Assembly: GCA_043228905.1 (NCBI GenBank)
Contig: JBHGNT010000001.1
Coordinates: 7,316,001-7,380,000 of the forward strand
Length of the DNA: 64,000 nucleotides
Source: Azolla caroliniana
Lineage: Eukaryota > Plantae > Polypodiophyta
Direction: 5' to 3'
Positions 11,301 through 19,164 of the stretch are shown here, piece after piece. The position numbers and the translations under genes were made by a program. The notes under the pieces were generated by a model. That model made no database searches, had not been told where the DNA came from, and saw only the letters and a program-made list of their open reading frames with translations. Numbering within the stretch: the stretch's first letter is position 1; every line of letters begins with the position of its first letter.

Positions 11301-13995
11301 CCGGCTTTGATTCGTCTTTGCTTCCTAGGTTCACTTCGTCGAGCTGGGATGCTTTTACCCGTTGGGAAACGGCCATTTCCCGTTCCAACGCTTCCTGTGC
11401 TTGCCGTAATTCCCGAATCGCATCTTTGTCTGGTTCGGCTTCGGTGTCGTCCCGCTGCGGCAAGTATGCGGCTACGGCTTCAGCTACGTCAATCTCGAAG
11501 AGTGGTACGATCTTCGGATGTTCCTCCAAGTACTGGGCTTCTTCGTCGTCCGCCAATCCTTCAAGCATGTTCACACATTCCGCATACAGCGGTGTGCATT
11601 CCTTACCGTTGCTCGTCCGTGGTTGTGTCGGTACCCGGACCTTGGCTTTTCCGCGCCGGAAGGTAATCATATTTTTTCGCCAATTTTGCTTGATGTGTGC
11701 TGTTTTCAACCATGGTCTGCCCAGCAGCAGTGGGTACGCGCCTTGCGCCTGTAGCTGCAGCACTACAGCCGAGATGTGAAATGTGTGGCCTCCTATGGTG
11801 ACTTCCAATTTCCGTATTAAGCCCGTCGGCCGTACAGAGCTCGTATCCGCCATCCGTAGCCAGAACGGACATGGCTCCCATTCATGTATACCCAAGGCAT
11901 CACACGTGCGAAGGCTTATTACGTTCACTCCGGAACCTCCATCGATTACTGTGCCGGGAAGTTCGTGCCCTTTGACAATAGCTGTGATCACCGGACTACT
12001 AGTGTCCACCACCGTCGGTCCCTCCTCCGGATTCGAGAAAAGGACTGGTGCCGGTGGAGCTATACCGTCTGTCATGACCGTTTTTAGTCCTTCTGTGAAT
12101 CGCGGCACGAGCTGTAAGAGTCTTCCTAGTGGTAACGTGATCTGACATTCTTGTAGTGCTTGCCATGTCTCGTTTTCTGGGTGGCTACCGCCGGTACTCC
12201 CTATGGTCTTCGCCTTTTGCCGTTCCGCGTCCGCGACGTTTCTTTCATTGGCTTCCTTCACCCATTCCGTCGCCTGTTTTCGTATGGCCTCTTGTGTTTC
12301 CCATTCTTTGGCCATGCCTTTCGACCGTGTGGTTACTTGCTGTAAATCCGCCACCACCATATTAACTGCTGGTCGTTTCTCGTAGCTCTTTACCGGGCAC
12401 TGGTTACTGTAGTGGCCTTCCTGCCTGCAGTAGTAGCAGTACTCTTTACGGGTATTGCTGGATTCAGCATTGCTGGTAGCCGGAGTCGGTCCCGTAGCGA
12501 GTGGTGCGTTCTGTGCCGGTTGGCTCCTTGGGGTTCCATGTTCCGGGTCCCTAGGGTGACCACCTTTCTTGAAATTACGTTTCTTATTATTCTTATGTTT
12601 ATTTCGGTAGTCCGGTCGTGGTGGATCGTAAAATCGGGCGTAGTCCTCCTGGTGCCTTCGGTAACCAGGGGAATGGTCTCTGTCGTATTGCTCGTGTCGC
12701 CTGTTGGGCTCTCGATAACGGTCCGATCGCTCATACCGGTCGTAGTTATCACGCCGATTCCCTAACCGGCCATCATTCTCTTGCCTGTCTCCGTACCGGA
12801 CATCCTGTGCCGGTCGGTACCGGTTCATTTTTTGCCAACGATCTTCCTCTTCGTCTTGGCTGTTTCTTGGCTCGATCCGTCGGATGGGTGGTGCTTGTCG
12901 GTTTAACAGGTTATACTCGCACCGGTCCGTTGTATGACTCTTGGATTGACAAATCACACACTGAGTGCGCATGGTGCACTCTACTGCCGAGTGTCCGGCA
13001 TTCAAGCAGATTGTGCATTGAATTGCCTGCCGGAACCGGAGATCTTCCTCGGTGGGTAACGCCCGTTGCAGTGTTCCCAGCGTAAGCCATGAGCTTGTCT
13101 TTTCCATTTCTCTGACCCGGTCAATGACCTGATCGATGGTGCATCCTCGAAAGTCGATCACCGTACACACCGTGCGTAACGGTTCCCGGAGTGCGTTTAA
13201 AAATATCGTCCGTAATTCCTCCTCCGGGGGTGCACGGGCAAGCTGGCTATGCATTCGTTGGAAACGGATGACGAATTGGGGTATGCTTTCCCCTGCCTCC
13301 TGCCGGATCGTATAAAACAAGCCCACCATTGTCGTCTGGTCGACCTCCTTGTGGAAAAAATGCAAGAATTTTGCTTTTAATTCTGCAAATGTTGTGATGG
13401 TCGCCGGGTCCTGCGACCGCCGCCATCGTGTCGCTGGTCCCTCCAACGTGACTCCGAATTCCGCTATCTTCGAGCGTTCTTCTTCCTCCGGTGTCATTCG
13501 CTGGGACGTGTGATTTGCTTCCCATGTCTGCTCGAAGTCATCCACATGCGCTTCCGCATCCGGATCATCGCGGTACTTTGAGTATTGGAACGGCATGTCG
13601 TCGTCCAGTATTAAGCCGCGGTTTAGTGGCGTTTGTTGATATTTTTCCGGTTCTTTCTCCGGTTCGACTTCCGGTTCTTCTACCGGTCCTTTTTCCGGTT
13701 CTTTTTCCGGCTCTTCTTCCGGTACCTTTGCCGGCTCTTTCGTTGGTGTTAGTGGCTTTGCTTCTTCCACTTCCGGTGTTGGTGGGTTGAAGGCTTCCGT
13801 TTGCGATTCCGGATAGCCCTGGTTGAGCGGTTCCGGTTCTGGAGTCGGCACGGTATCCGACCCGTCGTCTTCCGGGCCGCCGGGGGTATCGTTGCTGCTC
13901 CGGTAGTTCGTGTGCACGCTGTATCCCCCTTCGGAATCCAATTCGTAGGCTGAAAAGGCTTCTGCCTCGTTTTCTCCGCTTGCCAGCGCCTCCAT
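8362..13995 (-). CDS. Gypsy Gag-Pol polyprotein, 1877 aa (Gag, 3 zinc knuckles, PR, RT, RNase H, IN)
   Basis: IDGGSGVN protease; RVCVDYRKLN and VFLDDF RT; FVDASD and YSTTERE RNase H; H-H-C-C plus WGLDFVGPF integrase; C-terminal GKLRFRWTGPY...VNGFRLKPY; no chromodomain. Confidence 0.97.
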   Translation of the reverse strand: MEALASGENEAEAFSAYELDSEGGYSVHTNYRSSNDTPGGPEDDGSDTVPTPEPEPLNQGYPESQTEAFNPPTPEVEEAKPLTPTKEPAKVPEEEPEKEPEKGPVEEPEVEPEKEPEKYQQTPLNRGLILDDDMPFQYSKYRDDPDAEAHVDDFEQTWEANHTSQRMTPEEEERSKIAEFGVTLEGPATRWRRSQDPATITTFAELKAKFLHFFHKEVDQTTMVGLFYTIRQEAGESIPQFVIRFQRMHSQLARAPPEEELRTIFLNALREPLRTVCTVIDFRGCTIDQVIDRVREMEKTSSWLTLGTLQRALPTEEDLRFRQAIQCTICLNAGHSAVECTMRTQCVICQSKSHTTDRCEYNLLNRQAPPIRRIEPRNSQDEEEDRWQKMNRYRPAQDVRYGDRQENDGRLGNRRDNYDRYERSDRYREPNRRHEQYDRDHSPGYRRHQEDYARFYDPPRPDYRNKHKNNKKRNFKKGGHPRDPEHGTPRSQPAQNAPLATGPTPATSNAESSNTRKEYCYYCRQEGHYSNQCPVKSYEKRPAVNMVVADLQQVTTRSKGMAKEWETQEAIRKQATEWVKEANERNVADAERQKAKTIGSTGGSHPENETWQALQECQITLPLGRLLQLVPRFTEGLKTVMTDGIAPPAPVLFSNPEEGPTVVDTSSPVITAIVKGHELPGTVIDGGSGVNVISLRTCDALGIHEWEPCPFWLRMADTSSVRPTGLIRKLEVTIGGHTFHISAVVLQLQAQGAYPLLLGRPWLKTAHIKQNWRKNMITFRRGKAKVRVPTQPRTSNGKECTPLYAECVNMLEGLADDEEAQYLEEHPKIVPLFEIDVAEAVAAYLPQRDDTEAEPDKDAIRELRQAQEALEREMAVSQRVKASQLDEVNLGSKDESKPVHIAKEMKPEDKAAMIKLLTEFRDVFAWSYEDMRGLDPQLYQHQIHLGKDAKPVAQRRYRMNPNYAAKVKEEIDKLLRVGFIRPVKKATWLSPIVVVPKKNGKIRVCVDYRKLNAATITDAFPLPFTDGVLDAVAGHEVYSFLDGFSGYNQIRMHPDDQEKTAFVTEWGVFVAEVMMFGLKTAPATFQRIIMEIFGEYIPAFMQVFLDDFAVYSRGKDHLQHLRLCLEKCRLYRLSLNPAKCIFGVSSGILLGHIVSKEGIAVDPDKVNAILGAPAPKTAKALSRFLGQIRWHSRMLRHLADLATPLHTAVHRTPFQWTDTEDKAYNALKVLLSQAPVVQPPDWSKEFHVFVDASDIAIGSALMQLTEPKWYRPVYYASRKLSQAEKNYSTTEREALGMIYSVTKFRHYLLGRKFSFHVDHSALLYLVSKASLTGKLARWTLLLQEFEFEIFHRPGIQHAVADYLSRLESGEPGDGVADEFPDAELFRITPETAADDTVASEDKWLTNMHQFLSTGLPPEEMNRDERKRLAVQSRNFCLLRDTLYHKGADGIWRRAVRSDEKEVILREAHCGVAGGHYAGEATARKVWQSGLWWPTTLKDAVKYAKECDLCQRMGQPTEQARMPHQPVLPLEPFQKWGLDFVGPFKPPAMRTGNRYVIVATDYCTKWVEAKALRDNTASSTAKFLYENIWCRYGCPIELISDQGGHFLGQVVESLTTFYAVVHKRSTPYYPQANGLAESTNKTLQNILRKIVNENRTDWDTKLHSALWAYRTAYKTSIRTTPFRLAFGLEAVMPVEFQVPSLRIQLRERLNEKKSEEIRLAALCELEEQRLASILHMELEQRRRKAFVDRHRKGNEKMFEIGKPVLVFQTRMGKMPGKLRFRWTGPYWLTREYNGSYQIGTLAGEVVGKWVNGFRLKPYNGPMPKNPFMQLTGTTPGTCPGSVRIDPEEKDDGEPVVETKEDTATRKENGQGPKGPTDM

Positions 13996-14164
13996 GGGTT
14001 ATCTAAGATTACAGGTATAGACTTAGGTTCTCGGACATATCAGCTTTGTTCGAGTCGGCAGGGTCCGAAGGCAGAAGACCGAACTGGTCGGGTCGGAACA
14101 GTTGAAGCCGATCATTAAGGAACTGATGTCGGTTGTCGGGAACCATCCTGCTCTGTGTCCGGCT

Positions 14165-17100
14165 CTAACCGGACTGGTTTGTCGTTACGCCCATCTGATG
14201 CCGAAGAGACCGAAAACGGTCTGCCGAAAGACACTTGGTCATTCCATCTGCGACATTGTCGGTTGTGGATATTTTCTCTAGACCGATTTTCCCTGAGATG
14301 ACGCAGTCCCGAACGAAGTGATATCGAACGTCGATATGCTTGGAGGCGTTGTGGTGAACCGGATTTTTCGACAAGGCAACAGCACCTTGACTGTCGCTGT
14401 AGACAACTGGAGCCGAGTCATGGTCGACTTGTCGAAACGTGTGCGCCAGCCGACCAAGCCATAAGGCTTCTTTTGCTGCGTCGGACGCAGCTACATATTC
14501 TGCTTCGGTCGTTGAGGTCGCTGTGCATTCCTGAAGTTTCGACTTCCACGAGATTGCTCCATTGCCGAATTTGAAGCAGTATCCGGTTGTTGATTTTCGA
14601 CTGTCTATACAGCCGGCGAAGTCCGAGTCGGTGTAACCGACTACGCCTGAGGTTCGGTTCGGACCGAAAAGAATGCCATGGTCTTTTGTGCCAGCCAGAT
14701 ATCTGAACACATGCTTGACTGCGTTCCAATGCGATCGGCCAGGATTGTGCATAAATCTGCTAACGACTCCTACGGCATGAGAGATATCAGGCCGTGTCGC
14801 GACCATCAGGTACATAAGGGAGCCGACTGCCGGTGCATACGGTACCGACTTCATATCTTCCCCCTCCGAACCGGATGTCGGGCAGTCTCGCTGAGAGAGC
14901 CGAAGATTCATGGGGAGCGGGGTTGAAGCAGATTTGGCTGATTGCATGTTGAAGCGTTCCAAGACACGTCCGATATAGTCGGTCTGAGACAAAAAAAGAT
15001 GTCGTTTAGCGCGATGCCGACTAATCTTGATGCCAAGGATGTGTCGTGCCGGACCGAGGTCCTTCATGGCAAACTTCAACCGCAGTTGCCGAACGAGATC
15101 GGCAAGTTCGCCCGCGTGGCGTCCAGAAATTAGCATGTCGTCCACGTAAATGATGAGGAAGATGGGTGATCCATCTTGAGCTGTGTTGGTGAAGAGACAA
15201 TGGTCCTCATCGCTTTTGGAGAAGCCGATCGATTGGATGAAGTCGTCGAACTTCTTGTACCATTGTCGTGGTGCCTGTTTGAGGCCGTATAGACTCTTCC
15301 TGAGTCGGCAGACTAGATGTTCTTGGCCAGTTGCCACGAAGCCTTTCGGCTGCTCCATATAAATTTCTTCCTCGAGATCACCATGGAGGAAGGCTGTTTT
15401 GACATCTAGCTGAATCAGCTCCAAGTTGTCGGCGGCCACTACGCCGAGTAGAAAACGAAGGGTTGTCATTTTCACCACTGGTGAAAAAATCTCGTCGAAG
15501 TCGACGCCATATTCTTGTCGGAAGCCCTTCGCAACTAATCTGGCCTTGTACTTTGGGGTGGTCGAATCAGACGTCTCTTTTAGTCGATAAACCCACTTGC
15601 AAGGAAGAGCACGTCGGTTCCTAGGTAATTCGACCAGATCCCAAGTCTTGTTTGCTCGAATGGAGTGCATTTCCGACTCCATCGCCAGATGCCAGGTGGC
15701 GGAATCGACAGATGTCGATGCTTCTTCGTAAGACGTCCGTTCGCCGGCGTCGGTGAAGAAAATTCCAGGAGAGTACCTCTCCGGAGGTTGCGACAGTCTC
15801 TCGGATCGTCGAGGTATGATTGGACTGGTCGCATCGGGTATCGAGGTCGGATGGTCCGAAACCGAAACATTCGGCTGTGCCGAGTCAGAGTTGTCCGAGT
15901 CGGTAGTATAAGGTTCAGCTACCCGTGAAGCTGACCGTGTGTTGAGAGCGGGGCCTTCTTGAAGAGTCGGCACATCGGAGAATGTTACCCTTCGGACTTC
16001 GATCGGTTTTTCGACTGATGGATTCATAGCCGACTCGTTGAACACAACGTCCGAACTTCGAACGATTTGCCTGCGTTCGGGGTCCCAGAGTCGGTATCCC
16101 ATTTCGCCGTCTGATCCATATCCAAGGAAAATGCATTTCCTGGACCGAGGTGCAAGTTTTCGGCGATCATCTTTCGGAATAAGGGCGTACGCCTCACATC
16201 CGAAGATCCTCAGCTTGTCGTAATTCGGCTTACTGCCGATCCATAGTTCCTGAGGAATTAGAAGTCCTAGAGGTCTACTTGGCGACATATTGATTATGTG
16301 TACTGCCGTGAGTAGAGCCTCTGCCCAGAAGCCATCCGACAGTCCGGAGTGTTGGAGCATGGAAACTATCCTTTCTTGGATTGTCCGATTCATCCGTTCG
16401 GCAATCCCGTTTTGCTCCGGGCTGTGTGGTGCCGTAAATTCACGTCTGATGCCGCGTTGTCGGCAGAATTTGACGAATTCTTCGGATTTGAACTCTCCAC
16501 CGTTGTCTGTCCGAAAGCATTTCAGTTTTCGGCCGGTTTGATTTTCTACCATAGCGAGCCAATCTGAGAAGATCGAGAAGACCCGATCTTTAGTGCGAAT
16601 TGGATAAGCCCACACCTTTCGAGTCGAATCGTCAATAAAGGTGACGAAGTAAGAGGCACCGCCAAGAGACTGATGCGGCATTGGGCCGCAGACGTCCGAG
16701 TGGACTAAATCGAGAGGTCTCGTTTCTCTTGGTGCTGATGTCGGGTGTGATGCGGCTACTTGTTTGCCATACTGGCAATGCTCGCAGAATTGATGGTCGG
16801 AGAAGGAGAGTTTGGGGATGTATCCGGCTCTAGATAGGTGCGTGATGCCGGCCTTGCTGAGGTGTCCTAATCTTCGGTGCCATAGTGATGACACAGGAAT
16901 ATCCATCAGAAACAGGTTACCCTCTCTGAGCGTAACATGTAACGGATACAGGGAGTGTATCTTGGGTCCTCTAGCAAGCAGGAGGTTCCCCCTGTGGAGT
17001 GTCCACCCTCCCGAAGAAAAACCGGCACGAATGCCGTCTTCATCTAGTTGTCCGACTGAGATCAATGGCCTTGAGAGCTCGGGTACATGTCGGACATTGT

Positions 17101-18181
17101 GGAGTACAAGTGTAGAGCCACCTGCAAGGTTGAGCTCTACTGTGCCGATTCCGATGATGTCACAGTGTTGTGAGTTGCCGACTCGAACTGAGTCGGAGTG
17201 ACGGATCGTATATTGCCGAAATTGGGATCGATGAGGAGTCACGTGAAATGACGCGCCCGAATCTAAGAGCCATGTGCTCGATTCTTCAGTCGTGAGTAGA
17301 ACTTCTGATCCGACTGGATTTTCGATTGATAGTATATTCGGGTCGTCCGGTAGTACATCAGCTGAGAAGCTGACGTAATTGATCTCCTCATGACGGCCAC
17401 TCTTCTTGTTGTTCTTGTTCTTGAGTGCGCGGCAGTCGGCTTTGATGTGTCCGGGTTTCTTGCAATAGTTGCAGATTCGGTTATCCCGTGACTGGCTCCG
17501 TCTTCGCTGATTGTTCGGCGGTCGTGAGGAATCTCTTCCTCGTATGTTCGATCGGTCTGTCGAACCTTGTACTACGTAAGCGTCGTCTGTTGAGTCTTTG
17601 GCAAAAGACTTTCTCCGAGCTGCTTCGGTCAGAATTGCGCTCGTGACTTCGGAGTATTTGACAGCCGTGGTTGACGCGTTGCACACGGTTGTGACGAAAG
17701 TTTCCCATGATGAGGGAAGGCTGCTCATGAGTATCATTGCTCTGAGTTCATCCTCGATTGCCGTCCCCTGTGACGAGATTTGGGAGCTTATGCTTTCGTA
17801 CTCATTGAGGTGTGCTTGAACCGAATCGGATTCTTTCATCCGCAAGTTGTAGAGGCGCCGGATCAGAAACATCTTCGTTGCGGCGACCTTCTTTTCGTAA
17901 GTGTCCGACAGTGTTTTCCACAGTTCGAATGCTGTCGTACACGATTGCACCGTAAAGTATACCGATTCCGATAGGTGCATCCGAATCGTGGCGCGGACGA
18001 TTCTGTCCAGCTTCTGCCACTCAATTGGTTTGTATCCTTCTGGAGGTTCTTCATTTTCGATGGGATCGATTTGCCCCTTGACTATGAGATAGTCCTGCAT
18101 TTGCTCCTTCCAGAAGTTAAAGTTCGATCCATCGAACTTTCGTAGACTCATTTCTGACGAGCCGGATGTTGATGCCATCAA
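14165..18181 (-). CDS. Copia Gag-Pol polyprotein, 1338 aa, copy 2
   Basis: Same as 569-4585 except T->A in SYEE(T/A)STS. Confidence 0.98.
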   Translation of the reverse strand: MMASTSGSSEMSLRKFDGSNFNFWKEQMQDYLIVKGQIDPIENEEPPEGYKPIEWQKLDRIVRATIRMHLSESVYFTVQSCTTAFELWKTLSDTYEKKVAATKMFLIRRLYNLRMKESDSVQAHLNEYESISSQISSQGTAIEDELRAMILMSSLPSSWETFVTTVCNASTTAVKYSEVTSAILTEAARRKSFAKDSTDDAYVVQGSTDRSNIRGRDSSRPPNNQRRRSQSRDNRICNYCKKPGHIKADCRALKNKNNKKSGRHEEINYVSFSADVLPDDPNILSIENPVGSEVLLTTEESSTWLLDSGASFHVTPHRSQFRQYTIRHSDSVRVGNSQHCDIIGIGTVELNLAGGSTLVLHNVRHVPELSRPLISVGQLDEDGIRAGFSSGGWTLHRGNLLLARGPKIHSLYPLHVTLREGNLFLMDIPVSSLWHRRLGHLSKAGITHLSRAGYIPKLSFSDHQFCEHCQYGKQVAASHPTSAPRETRPLDLVHSDVCGPMPHQSLGGASYFVTFIDDSTRKVWAYPIRTKDRVFSIFSDWLAMVENQTGRKLKCFRTDNGGEFKSEEFVKFCRQRGIRREFTAPHSPEQNGIAERMNRTIQERIVSMLQHSGLSDGFWAEALLTAVHIINMSPSRPLGLLIPQELWIGSKPNYDKLRIFGCEAYALIPKDDRRKLAPRSRKCIFLGYGSDGEMGYRLWDPERRQIVRSSDVVFNESAMNPSVEKPIEVRRVTFSDVPTLQEGPALNTRSASRVAEPYTTDSDNSDSAQPNVSVSDHPTSIPDATSPIIPRRSERLSQPPERYSPGIFFTDAGERTSYEEASTSVDSATWHLAMESEMHSIRANKTWDLVELPRNRRALPCKWVYRLKETSDSTTPKYKARLVAKGFRQEYGVDFDEIFSPVVKMTTLRFLLGVVAADNLELIQLDVKTAFLHGDLEEEIYMEQPKGFVATGQEHLVCRLRKSLYGLKQAPRQWYKKFDDFIQSIGFSKSDEDHCLFTNTAQDGSPIFLIIYVDDMLISGRHAGELADLVRQLRLKFAMKDLGPARHILGIKISRHRAKRHLFLSQTDYIGRVLERFNMQSAKSASTPLPMNLRLSQRDCPTSGSEGEDMKSVPYAPAVGSLMYLMVATRPDISHAVGVVSRFMHNPGRSHWNAVKHVFRYLAGTKDHGILFGPNRTSGVVGYTDSDFAGCIDSRKSTTGYCFKFGNGAISWKSKLQECTATSTTEAEYVAASDAAKEALWLGRLAHTFRQVDHDSAPVVYSDSQGAVALSKNPVHHNASKHIDVRYHFVRDCVISGKIGLEKISTTDNVADGMTKCLSADRFRSLRHQMGVTTNQSG

Positions 18182-18857
18182 ATTTGGTTTCGGTTGGCGA
18201 AGCTCGGTTCGGAGTTGACTACGAACCTTGAAGGAGTGCAGCCGGTTGGCTCACCCGATATCGTTCTAGTCGGATTTGAACCCGAGTCGGTTCGGCTTCG
18301 GATATATGTATTTGTTGAACTTGCTCGAATTGACTCCGGTAGCTTGAGGGACAGAACCGACTGGTCTTCCCGGATGTTGCCGAGTCGGAGTGAGCCCGGT
18401 TCGCTTCGGATATATATGCCGAATACCGATTATTGAAACCGATTATCTGGACCGATTCTGCTTCGGGTGGCTGCAGCGACGAGAGAGACAGATCCACCTG
18501 ATCCTCTCGAATGTCGATCAGCCGGATGAAGCACGAATTGGGGTTGTTGTCTTGAGACCGATCTGCACCGAGTGGTTACAACGAGCGGCGAGCAGCGTTT
18601 GTTGACTACTTCGGATGTCGTTTAACCGAATGGAGCACGATCGTGTCAATGATACACAAGGGGATTTCACCTCGAGCGGTTACGATCACAAGGAACAGAG
18701 TACAACCTGATGGCTTACTCCAAGCAAGAGGATCTAACGCGATGAGGTGCAAAACCTCGTTTTTCTTTTGTTCTTCTTCTCTCTTTTTCGAATGACGCAG
18801 GAAACCGAATGCTGAGACGACGGCCGACAGCGGATTGAAGGACCGACTACTGTGCAG

Positions 18858-18869
18858 GCTCTGATACCA
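18858..18869 (-). other. Primer binding site (tRNA-iMet), Copia copy 2
   Basis: Minus-strand TGGTATCAGAGC next to the LTR. Confidence 0.95.
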
Positions 18870-18871
18870 GA

Positions 18872-18956
18872 TGTTGTAGGCAATGTCGTCAGTGCGGAAG
18901 ATCAAGAAGCACTCGATTCCTGTTTATTCCCTGCGTATGACAGAGTCATAGATCGT

Positions 18957-18993
<37 letters not shown>

Positions 18994-19164
18994 CACAAAA
19001 GAGTCTTTATTTCATAAAGCAATAATACAACACCCAACCTCACAAAGAGGTTACAAGGTCACTATATATAGTGACCAACTTAGGGCAACTACCCTTTATG
19101 CTAATTACATAAATGGCCAACACGGGATAGTGTGAATACGTCCATTATACACATGTATTCGACA
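18872..19164 (-). repeat. Copia copy 2 5' LTR
   Basis: Third 293-bp copy of the same LTR; followed by CCATG. Confidence 0.97.

Larger units (their letters stand above)
1..13995 (-). mobile_element. Ty3/Gypsy retrotransposon, non-chromovirus (Athila-like/OTA). 5' LTR and PBS missing; interrupted by Copia copy 1; continues past the left window edge
   Basis: Intact gag-pol at 8362-13995 followed by a sense extra ORF. The extra ORF frame resumes at 82-1 once the Copia and one TSD copy are removed. Confidence 0.9.
13993..19164 (-). mobile_element. Ty1/Copia copy 2, lacking the 3' LTR and PPT
   Basis: Colinear with copy 1 positions 397-5568 at a constant offset of 13596; only 4 substitutions noticed. 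Confidence 0.95.

Noticed and set aside
822-18905. Many short overlapping or antisense ORFs within the retroelements
   Set aside because: Shadow frames of GC-rich coding DNA, with no motifs
19132-19164. Start of the 255-aa ORF
   Set aside because: Lies inside the Copia LTR and begins at a GTG; a chance in-frame fusion with LINE ORF2
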